Assembly (NCBI GenBank): GCA_964423875.1
Contig: CAYRGS010000002.1
Coordinates: forward strand, 14,062 to 78,061
Direction of reading: 5' to 3'
Source: an uncultured bacterium
GTDB lineage: Bacteria; UBA8248; JACPRG01; G963555815
DNA: 64,000 bases
The notes under the pieces were generated by a model. It was not told the DNA's origin, ran no database searches, and saw nothing but the letters and a program-made list of their open reading frames with translations. The stretch's first letter is position 1, and each line of letters opens with the position of its first letter. Positions 46,095 through 53,969 of this stretch are shown here, piece by piece. Both the position numbers and the translations under genes were made by a program.

Positions 46095-47489
46095 TCAGAC
46101 TTTCGGCTGATGAACGCTCATCCCGCGAACAACGTGAGCGGCCTCCATGACGCTCTCGGCGAGCGTGGGGTGGGCGTGAATCGTCTCGGCCAGTTCGTCC
46201 ACGCTGAGCTCCCAGGTCATGGCGACGGCGGCCTCGTGAATCAACTCGGCCGCGCTCGCACCGATAATGTGGACGCCCAGGATCTCTCCGGTCCCCTCGG
46301 AGGTGACAATTTTGACCTCGCCGGCGATCTCCCCGACTGCCTGGGAGCGCCCCAGCGCCCGGTACGGGAAGCGGCCGATCTTGACGCCGTTTCCCGCCTC
46401 CTTGGCCTGGGCTTCGGTGAGGCCGATGCTTCCGATTTCGGGGTGCGTAAAGATCCCGGCAGGGATGGTCTCGTAGCGCATGGTCTTGTCGCCCCCTAGG
46501 GCGTTCGTGACGGCAACGATCCCCTCCGCGCTGGCCTTATGGGCAAGGAGCTTCCCCCCCGCCACGTCTCCGGCGGCGTAGATGCCGGAGACGCCGGTCT
46601 CCATTCGCCCATTAACCCGGATGTGTCCCTCCTCCACCAGGGCGACGCCCGCCGCCTCGAGACCGATGTCGCCGGTGTTCAGCGCCCGGCCAATCGAGAT
46701 CAGGGCCTTTTGGGCCTTCACACGCTCTCCGCCTGCCAGCTTCGCCTCGACGGAACCGAATTTTTTCTCCACACCCTCGATCTCCTGATCGACAATGAGA
46801 CGAATCTTCTCCTTCTTCAGCTCCCGCTCGAGTAGTTTCGAGATATCCTCGTCCTCGGTCGCGACGGCCCGGGGGAGCATCTCCAGCATCGTCACCTTGC
46901 ATCCCAGGGCGCTGAAGAGGAAGGCAAACTCGCATCCGATGATCCCTGCGCCAATAATGAGGAGGCTCTCGGGGATCTCCTCCATGACAACGGCGTCGTC
47001 CGAGGAGAGGATGTCCTTGCCGTCGGTGGGGAACGCGGGAAACTGCGCCGGACGGGAACCCGTGGCCAGGAGGACCTTGTCCGCGGACAGGTCCAAGACA
47101 CTTCCGTCCGCTTCGTTCACCTCGATGCGCCTCGCGGAGCGGAGCGCTCCCCGCCCCCGAATATGTGTGACACCGTGACTGTTGAACAGACCTTCGACGC
47201 CCTTCACCATTCCGGCGATGATTTTGTCCTTCCGGGCGATCATCGCGGCGAAATCGGCCCGGACCTCTCCATCAATCACCACGCCGAACTCGGCTGCCCT
47301 CTTGACCAGGCGCAAGACCTCGGTCGAGGCGATGAGGCTCTTGGTGGGGATGCATCCCCAATTCAGGCAGACGCCCCCCACCTTATCCCGCTCGATGACG
47401 CACACGCGCCCGCCCAGTTGGGCGCCTCGGATCGCCGCCACATACCCCGCCGGCCCCCCTCCCAAAACGGCCACGTCGAAATCCGTCAT
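46095..47489 (-). CDS. lpdA: Dihydrolipoyl dehydrogenase
   Basis: DVAVLGGGPAGYVAAIRGAQLG, the redox-active disulfide motif GGVCLNWGCIPTK, and the C-terminal HAHPTLAE. Confidence 0.9.
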   Translation of the reverse strand: MTDFDVAVLGGGPAGYVAAIRGAQLGGRVCVIERDKVGGVCLNWGCIPTKSLIASTEVLRLVKRAAEFGVVIDGEVRADFAAMIARKDKIIAGMVKGVEGLFNSHGVTHIRGRGALRSARRIEVNEADGSVLDLSADKVLLATGSRPAQFPAFPTDGKDILSSDDAVVMEEIPESLLIIGAGIIGCEFAFLFSALGCKVTMLEMLPRAVATEDEDISKLLERELKKEKIRLIVDQEIEGVEKKFGSVEAKLAGGERVKAQKALISIGRALNTGDIGLEAAGVALVEEGHIRVNGRMETGVSGIYAAGDVAGGKLLAHKASAEGIVAVTNALGGDKTMRYETIPAGIFTHPEIGSIGLTEAQAKEAGNGVKIGRFPYRALGRSQAVGEIAGEVKIVTSEGTGEILGVHIIGASAAELIHEAAVAMTWELSVDELAETIHAHPTLAESVMEAAHVVRGMSVHQPKV

Positions 47490-47794
47490 GAATCCGATCC
47501 CTTTTCCACAAATCCGGAGGCAAGCTGGGACGAAAGGGATTCCTTTCGATTCTCAGCGCCTGATATGACGCTTATTATGAACGCCGCCCCCGCCACGGGT
47601 CCACCCGGCTGTCTCGATGGACCTGCCGCCCCGTCTCATTTCGGGGTTCGGGATCAGGCGTTTGCGGATCGCAATCTGCGATTTCGGATTTTCTCCACTT
47701 ACCCACCCATCCGGCCGCGGGTGTGGTAAATTCATAGAGCGCGGCACGGGGCTTCTACCTCTCATTGAGCAAATCAACGCGGACGGATTGACCA

Positions 47795-48784
47795 TTGTCA
47801 GATCGAGTCCTAATCACAGGGGCGACGGGATTTGCCGGCAGGTGGCTGGCGGACCACCTGCTGGCACAAGGCCGGGAGGTGGTCGGAACGATTTACGGAG
47901 GAACGCCTCCCGAAGATTTTCCTTCCGACCGGATTCCCCTGCACCCCTGCGACCTGGGGGAGATGAACGCGATCCGGGCGATAATCTCGGCGATCAACCC
48001 TCGGGAGATCTACCATGTGGCGGCGCAGGCCGTCGTATCGATCGCGTGGCAAGACCCCTGGATGACCTTTCGCGTGAACGCGATGGGAACGGTCAACCTT
48101 CTTGAGGCCTGTCGCTGTCATGGGAGGAAATCCCGGATTCTGCTCGTCAGCTCGGCCAGCGTCTACGGCCTCCCGCCGGCGAACGGAAAGTTGATGGAAG
48201 ACATGCCTTTGAGGCCGAATGATCCGTACGGCGTCAGCAAGGTCGCGGCCGACCAAGCGGCGGTTCTCTATCATCAGGCGTACGGGATGGACATCCTGCG
48301 GGCCCGAGCGTTCAATCACATCGGGCCGGGGCCCGCCGACAAGCACGCGGTCGGTAATTTTGCCCGGCAAATTACCGAGATGGAGTCGTCGGGCGGCGGC
48401 GACATCAGCGTGGGCAACCTCACCGCCCGTCGAAATTTCACCGACGTCCGGGACGTCGTCCGAGCGTACGTCCTTCTGATGGAACGGGGAGAACCCGGCG
48501 AGGCCTATAACGTCTGCGGCAATACGGTCCTGTCCATCGAACAGATCCTCGACCGGCTGATTGTTCTCAGTCCTTTCGAGTTCAGAAAGGTCCAGGTTCC
48601 GGAGAGAATGAGGCCCGTCGACACGCCCTTGAGCGACGGGGCCAACACGAAACTGAAGCAGGCCACGGGTTGGAAGCCCATAATACCCTTTGAGCAATCG
48701 CTTTTGGACCTTCTGGAGTACTGGCGAAAGAGAGAGCGGGACGACCCTCCGACACCGACCACCGAAAAACCGCCGAGCGCTTGA
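47795..48784 (+). CDS. NAD-dependent epimerase/dehydratase (GDP-4-keto-6-deoxy-mannose reductase/GDP-mannose dehydratase-like)
   Basis: VLITGATGFAGRWL, SSASVYG, and the Y-x3-K motif in PYGVSKVAAD. TTG start. Confidence 0.8.
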   Translation: MSDRVLITGATGFAGRWLADHLLAQGREVVGTIYGGTPPEDFPSDRIPLHPCDLGEMNAIRAIISAINPREIYHVAAQAVVSIAWQDPWMTFRVNAMGTVNLLEACRCHGRKSRILLVSSASVYGLPPANGKLMEDMPLRPNDPYGVSKVAADQAAVLYHQAYGMDILRARAFNHIGPGPADKHAVGNFARQITEMESSGGGDISVGNLTARRNFTDVRDVVRAYVLLMERGEPGEAYNVCGNTVLSIEQILDRLIVLSPFEFRKVQVPERMRPVDTPLSDGANTKLKQATGWKPIIPFEQSLLDLLEYWRKRERDDPPTPTTEKPPSA

Positions 48785-48823
48785 CAGCCTTCCGGGCGCA
48801 ACCCTAAATAATGAGTGCGCGGT

Positions 48824-48899
48824 GGGGGATTAGCTCAGCTGGGAGAGCGCGTGGTTCGCAATCACGAGGTCACCGGTTCGATCCCGGTATCCTCCACCA
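48824..48899 (+). tRNA. tRNA-Ala (anticodon CGC), CCA encoded
   Basis: Hand-folded cloverleaf. The acceptor is GGGGGAT/ATCCTCC with G3:U70. The D arm is GCTC-AGCTGGGA-GAGC. The anticodon arm is CGTGG-TTCGCAA-TCACG. The variable region is AGGTC. The T arm is ACCGG-TTCGATC-CCGGT. The discriminator is A, followed by CCA. Confidence 0.9.
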
Positions 48900-48964
48900 A
48901 ATAAATGTTTAAATTCAATAAGTTCCCGTAGCCGGGTAGTTCTTCTCAGCATCCACATTCTGCG

Positions 48965-48990
48965 AAGTTTCCAATAAGTTTCCAAGTTTC
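48965..48990. repeat. Short direct repeats in the AT-rich segment 3' of tRNA-Ala
   Basis: AAGTTTCCAA (48965-48974), T, AAGTTTCCAA (48976-48985), GTTTC (48986-48990). Confidence 0.3.
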
Positions 48991-49018
48991 TGTACCGCGG
49001 CCGCTTTGTGCGGCGGAG

Positions 49019-49307
49019 ATGCCGCAGATCCGGCTGATGGCCCGTAAGGCGGACAAGGTGATGGTGCCGATGCGCTTCGCGGACCATGGCCTCAACATGG
49101 TGGGGAACGTGTGGGAATGGGTTCAGGACCGATATCGGCCGGATTACTACCGGACCGCCCTCACACGGAATCCGAAGGGACCTGCCACCGGCATTCGGCG
49201 GGTGGTTGCGCGGGGGCTCGTGGTTCCGCGCAGCGCACCGGGACCGGGACCCGCTCAACAGCTGGGACTTCACGCTGGGTTTCCGCTGCGCCAAGAACAT
49301 TCCATAA
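49019..49307 (+). pseudogene. Formylglycine-generating-enzyme (FGE-sulfatase/SUMF1) family C-terminal remnant with frameshift
   Basis: One frame reads ..HGLNMVGNVWEWVQDRYRPDYYRTALTRNPKGPATGIRRVV. The continuation RGGSWFRAAHRDRDPLNSWDFTLGFRCAKNIP* lies in another frame. An extra g is apparent in cgg gtg gtt (g) cgc ggg ggc tcg tgg. Only about the last 90 aa of the family are present. Confidence 0.6.
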
Positions 49308-49341
49308 AGGGCCCCTCTGTCTTTTCACATTTTCCGGGGGT

Positions 49342-51396
49342 TCATTCAAGGGATGTGCTTGGCCGTGCCCACGTGAGCCTCCCCCTCCCCTTCTCGCCGA
49401 TGTGGTAATTGTGGCAGGTCAGACAGCCCTCCGGGGCCTCCGCCTTTTTGTGACAGGCGGCACACTCGGCTTTTTTGATCCGCTTGAAGTTCCCGTTGAA
49501 TTTCGCGGGATTGAAATCCTTGTACAGGTCCGCTGATTTGCGATCCGGGCGATGGCACGTGAAACACCTTTTCCCGTCGCCCAGGGTGAGGTGCGGCGCA
49601 TGGATGAAGCGGTTGAACCCCTTTTCATCGCTTCTCGGCCGCTTCTCCTCCCAGTTCACCCGGCGGACGCCCTTGACCTCGTCAACGCTGTGGCACTTCC
49701 CGCACATGTCCGGGAACGAGGCAGCGTCGGTTAAAGCGGTGAAAACCTTCTCCAGTGCCGAACCCCTCCGGCCCTTGACACTGAGGTCCAACCAGCCGCG
49801 AACGAAGCGGTCCGCGTGACCCGTGGGCCGATATATCAGCGAGAAGTCCTCCCGGCGCCAGGCGTCGGCGGCGCTCGACCCCTCGTCAGAAGAAGCTTTC
49901 GCCTGTCTGTCTTTCTTACCTCCCTTCCTGCCATCGGAATTTTCCTTCTCTTCCTCCACCTTCCAGCGGGACATCTCGGATTCAAGCTTGGGCAGCCAGG
50001 ACCGCTGGGCCGCGCGGACGATCTGAACGGGCATTTGCATGATAAGTCCAAGGGTCTCGCCTTCGCTCAATGACCGTCCAAGCGCCTTCACCAGTCGGTC
50101 ATTGAACCCCTTCTGCCCCTTTATTGACAGGTCAAAGAGGAGCGCCTTCACCAGCCGGGCGAGCCGCCCGGCCGCGATTGCTTGCTTCTCCTCGTCATCG
50201 TCCTCCAGCGCCGCTTCCACCTTCGCAAAGCCGGGGTCCGACGCGAGAAGAAAACGCATAAAAGCGGTGATTTCCTCCTCCTGGGCCTCCTCCGGCCATT
50301 CCCCCACATCCACATTGGCATCTCGGAGGGTGTCGAGATCAAGGGCTGGCAACGTGAAGATGGGGATGCCCTCGGCGCGAATATCCGCCTCATGGCAGAA
50401 GGCGCAGCTTTCTCCGAACCCTTTCATCAACATCTCGCCGCCCGCGGGGGACCGCTCGTGGCAGCGCCCGCAAGGGAGCGGATCGCCCTTTTTGAGCAGG
50501 CCTTTTTTTCTGAAGTGTTTGGGGTGGGAAACGTGATCGAAGATCAGCCGGGTCCGCCGCCCATATGGAAAACGCGTGAATTCAGGGTGACTTGTCCCAA
50601 AGTCGCGATACCGGTAGACATGGCATGCTTGGCATCGTCGATCGTCCATGGCCGTCAAGTCGAATTTCCTGCCCCGGTGTTCTTTATGGCACACGGCGCA
50701 GGCCAACTTCGCCCCGCCGGCTTGCCCCCCCTTCAAATCAAGCAAGGAGGCCAGGAAGAGGGCCGGTGAACCGCCGGCCGGGGGAAACCTCTTTCGGATT
50801 TTCGAGGTGATCCGAGCCAGCTTCTCGGGCGAGGACGTGTGCGACCGCATGGCCTGATCGCCCAGGGTGTGGCAACCCAGACAAAGCCCGCTGTCATCCC
50901 GCGCGGATCCGGACGTCAGGGCGGCCTGGACCCACTTCGTCAAGCCCCCTTGAAACACCGTGTGGCAGTTCTCGCAGCGCCGTCCCAGCGTGCCGTGGTG
51001 CACAGTCAACGGGCCCGGCGAGATGAATTCCCGACCGGCATCGCCGGAGAGGAGCAGGAAGATGAGACCGAACATGAGCCCCAACGCCCAGCGGGAGAGC
51101 GCCCCGCGGCGTGCTCTTGCGTTCAGAACCGGCCGGCAGGGCGGGACGACACTCGAGCAAGCACCGTCGGGCAGCGGGCCCGCATCGCACGCGCCGCCGA
51201 AGGCGTTCGCACGCGCGCACTTCCACCGGGCCCCGTTTTTTTTGGGCGTGCACTCGCGCGCGGCCATGCACCGGCCCTTGTGATCCGGTCCGATGCCGCA
51301 GGCCTTCCCCTCGGCCGCCCATCCGCACACCCACTTCTGGGTCGGCCGCTCGTAATGGGATTCAGCGAACCCGTAATCTTGCAGGCGCCGGCTCAT
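49342..51396 (-). CDS. Decahaem c-type cytochrome with N-terminal Cys-rich region and single TM anchor
   Basis: Ten CXXCH motifs: CENCH, CLGCH, CAVCH, CQACH, CGRCH, CAFCH, CGKCH, CFTCH, CAACH, CLTCH. Eight Cys lie in the first about 90 aa. The sequence then reads ARARRGALSRW followed by the TM segment ALGLMFGLIFLLL. The ATG overlaps the upstream stop (ATGA at 51393-51396). Confidence 0.85.
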   Translation of the reverse strand: MSRRLQDYGFAESHYERPTQKWVCGWAAEGKACGIGPDHKGRCMAARECTPKKNGARWKCARANAFGGACDAGPLPDGACSSVVPPCRPVLNARARRGALSRWALGLMFGLIFLLLSGDAGREFISPGPLTVHHGTLGRRCENCHTVFQGGLTKWVQAALTSGSARDDSGLCLGCHTLGDQAMRSHTSSPEKLARITSKIRKRFPPAGGSPALFLASLLDLKGGQAGGAKLACAVCHKEHRGRKFDLTAMDDRRCQACHVYRYRDFGTSHPEFTRFPYGRRTRLIFDHVSHPKHFRKKGLLKKGDPLPCGRCHERSPAGGEMLMKGFGESCAFCHEADIRAEGIPIFTLPALDLDTLRDANVDVGEWPEEAQEEEITAFMRFLLASDPGFAKVEAALEDDDEEKQAIAAGRLARLVKALLFDLSIKGQKGFNDRLVKALGRSLSEGETLGLIMQMPVQIVRAAQRSWLPKLESEMSRWKVEEEKENSDGRKGGKKDRQAKASSDEGSSAADAWRREDFSLIYRPTGHADRFVRGWLDLSVKGRRGSALEKVFTALTDAASFPDMCGKCHSVDEVKGVRRVNWEEKRPRSDEKGFNRFIHAPHLTLGDGKRCFTCHRPDRKSADLYKDFNPAKFNGNFKRIKKAECAACHKKAEAPEGCLTCHNYHIGEKGRGRLTWARPSTSLE

Positions 51397-52229
51397 GGAT
51401 TTCCAACCGAGAAGGCGTAGATGAAGACCACGTGTTCAAGGGCAAGAATCAACAGGCAGTAGGTCAGCGGAACATGGAAAAACAGCCACCGCTTCAGCAT
51501 CGCCTGCAGGGCGTGCTGGTGGTCTAGGTGATCCTTTTGCCGCACGAGCTCAACCAAGGCGTCCAGGTGGCACTTTTGCTCCTTGTTCAGATAACGCCGC
51601 AGTCCGGTGCTCTCTTCCAAAAGAGCGTGGAGGGGGCCATTCGACTGCAAGAGGTGCAACCAGAAGTTGCGCGGACCGGAAAAGAAAGACAAGAGCCGGT
51701 CGGCGTAGAAGTCCGCAATCGTCGTCGACTTCCCCTCCTCGGCGGATCGAACGACCAGGGCCTCCGCCTCCTCCCGCAACCGGCGGCGAAGCTCGGGGAT
51801 TCGCTCGAAGATGACCTCTTCCCCATGACGGGCAAGACGGGGCGCGAATCGTCGCGAGATTCGAAAACCGAACACGCCGCTGGCCGCCGCGCCCAGATAC
51901 AACAGGGCCAGCGTCATCTCCAAAGGCCCGTTCGGCGCTCGGAACCCCACGTGAAGCAGGAACAGGAGAATCGAGAACCACCCGATATTCAAGTGGACCT
52001 GGAGCCAGACGGAAGAAGACCCAAGCGGAAGAAAGGGAAGTTTTTTGCGAACATTATAAATGGCGAGGAAAACAATGGCCGCCAGCAGAACCGAGCCGCT
52101 CAGAAATTGAGAGCGCAGAAGAGTCGAAGAATATGCGTGATCAACCGCAACCGCGACAAGGGAGAAAACGACCAGGATCAACAAACTGAGCCACCGGCGG
52201 GCGGCAAAGGTCATCACCGGTTGACCCAC
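51393..52229 (-). CDS. Integral membrane protein, candidate dihaem b subunit (two H-x13-H helices)
   Basis: The ORF has five predicted TM segments. VHLNIGWFSILLFLLHV and FHVPLTYCLLILALEHV each carry two His residues 14 positions apart. An alternative ATG at 52214 gives a TGATG overlap with the upstream gene. Confidence 0.65.
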   Translation of the reverse strand: MGQPVMTFAARRWLSLLILVVFSLVAVAVDHAYSSTLLRSQFLSGSVLLAAIVFLAIYNVRKKLPFLPLGSSSVWLQVHLNIGWFSILLFLLHVGFRAPNGPLEMTLALLYLGAAASGVFGFRISRRFAPRLARHGEEVIFERIPELRRRLREEAEALVVRSAEEGKSTTIADFYADRLLSFFSGPRNFWLHLLQSNGPLHALLEESTGLRRYLNKEQKCHLDALVELVRQKDHLDHQHALQAMLKRWLFFHVPLTYCLLILALEHVVFIYAFSVGNP

Positions 52230-53941
52230 TTCAAAAGCTCATCCCCATCCCGCAAGTCCATGCGAATCAACGCATCGTGCGGGCAGGCCCGCTGGCAGGC
52301 GGGGCCGCCCATCTGGTCGATGCACAGGTCGCATTTCGTCGCCCTCTCAATAGGAAGGTTCGTTTCCTGGTCCAAGAGGAGGTTTCCTTTCGGGTCTTGG
52401 ATCGGGACCATCCGGATGTTGTCATAGGGACAACTGTTCGCGCAGGTCGAGCACCCGATGCAGGTGACGTCGTTGATAACGACCTGCCCCCCATCGCGGT
52501 CGCGATGGATCGCCCCTGTCGGGCAACCGATCATACACACCGGATCGATGCAGTGCATGCACGCGTTCGCGATCATGTAACGGCCGTCCCGCTTTCCGTG
52601 TCGGATGAAGCGCGGGTTGTTGTCGTGCGTCTCCGCGCAGGCCCGGACGCACTCGTCGCACCGGGTGCATCGATCCAGGTCGATAACCATGGCGGCCGTA
52701 CCGTTGATGAAGCGGTTGTCGACAAGGAACTCCTGGAAGCCGATTTCAAGCTCGGCGCCCTTTCGCGCGTCCCGCCACGCCGACCGGGCGGCCGAACGAG
52801 GCGTGACCCTCGGCGGAAGCATCTCCTCCGGGATCGACGGCAGGACGTACTTCTCGATGATGGCCGTCGGCACGCGCAAAATGCCGACGTATCCCACGGC
52901 CCGCAAGGTTTTTTGAAGAGAAACCGCCTCGCCGAATTGCCAGTTGTGGGCGATTTCGTTGAAACCGAACGTCGCCCCCCGGCCCAGATAGCTGACCGTC
53001 CGGTGGCCACTTTCGATGACCTCGGAGAGTCGGGCGAACCCCGTGCGGATCAAAATCAACCCATCGGCGTAGTGGCCCTCCTGCGCGATGACGGGTTCGT
53101 GCTCAAGCCGCTCGGCCGCCTCTTTGGCGGCCAGTGACTTGAACGTTCCATACCAGTCGAAGGTCCCATACGTCTCGAAAAGGACGCTGTCCGCGACCAC
53201 CTTTTGGTCTTCCTCATTGAGACGCCGGAACTCGGGCAGCTCATTCAGGTAGACTTTCAGGCTGCGCTCCCGATAGAGCCGATCGATGTATTTCCGCACC
53301 CCGTCGTCCCAGCGCCGGATGTCGCGCAGCCCCTGCCAGCGCACCTCGAGGAGTATGCACTCGCCGTCGGCGAATACCGTCGCCGTCCGCGGGTGCCGGC
53401 CCAACGCCGCGAGCTCGCCGAACAGCGTGCCCACATGGAGAGGGGTGTTTTTGTATCGATCCAAAATGGCGGGGACGTCCTGAAGGAAAATACGCGTCTC
53501 GCGGCCCGCCCCCGACTGGGCGAAACCGCCGGACCTCTTGTGTTTCACCCACTCCCGGACTTCGGGAAGCCGGGAGTTCGACCAAAGCTGGCCGAGAGCC
53601 CGGAAGAATCCTTTCCCCTGGGGTTCGCGCCGTCCGAGGAGCGACTCCTCCAGAGGATCGATGGCGACGCGGACGGACCCATCCAGAACCAGAAAGGCGG
53701 AATGTCCGTAATCTCCCCGGCGCACGATGATCTCGCCGTTATGGCACCGAAGAATGCGCGATTCGTTCTTCAGGATGTCGCGAAACGGCGCGCCCGAGGG
53801 GAAGTTGGCGGGATCGACTTGATCGAGCGGTGGCTTCGTCAAGAGCCAATCGATGTCCGCGTCGGACATTTCGGCCGAGAACGGCTCGTCCCGCATCTGA
53901 GGGGGCTGTATGGCTAGGGGTTCAGCCGGCATGCTACGCAA
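52214..53941 (-). CDS. Protein with two cyclic-nucleotide-binding-like domains fused to a four-cluster [4Fe-4S] ferredoxin module (DmsB/NrfC/PsrB-like)
   Basis: cNMP domain 1 is ILRCHNGEIIVRRGDYGHSAFLVLDGSVRV..LFGELAALGRHPRTATVFA, with an intact FGE..R-T-A phosphate-binding cassette. Domain 2 is VIAQEGHYADGLILIRTGFARL..GATFGFNEIA, with a degenerate cassette. The Cys motifs are CTRCDECVRAC, CMHCIDPVCMIGCP, CIGCSTCANSCP and CDLC..CQRACP. There is no twin-arginine or hydrophobic signal at the N-terminus. Confidence 0.85.
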   Translation of the reverse strand: MRSMPAEPLAIQPPQMRDEPFSAEMSDADIDWLLTKPPLDQVDPANFPSGAPFRDILKNESRILRCHNGEIIVRRGDYGHSAFLVLDGSVRVAIDPLEESLLGRREPQGKGFFRALGQLWSNSRLPEVREWVKHKRSGGFAQSGAGRETRIFLQDVPAILDRYKNTPLHVGTLFGELAALGRHPRTATVFADGECILLEVRWQGLRDIRRWDDGVRKYIDRLYRERSLKVYLNELPEFRRLNEEDQKVVADSVLFETYGTFDWYGTFKSLAAKEAAERLEHEPVIAQEGHYADGLILIRTGFARLSEVIESGHRTVSYLGRGATFGFNEIAHNWQFGEAVSLQKTLRAVGYVGILRVPTAIIEKYVLPSIPEEMLPPRVTPRSAARSAWRDARKGAELEIGFQEFLVDNRFINGTAAMVIDLDRCTRCDECVRACAETHDNNPRFIRHGKRDGRYMIANACMHCIDPVCMIGCPTGAIHRDRDGGQVVINDVTCIGCSTCANSCPYDNIRMVPIQDPKGNLLLDQETNLPIERATKCDLCIDQMGGPACQRACPHDALIRMDLRDGDELLKWVNR

Positions 53942-53969
53942 TCTTGCGATTCGGGGGGAGATTCTTGAG

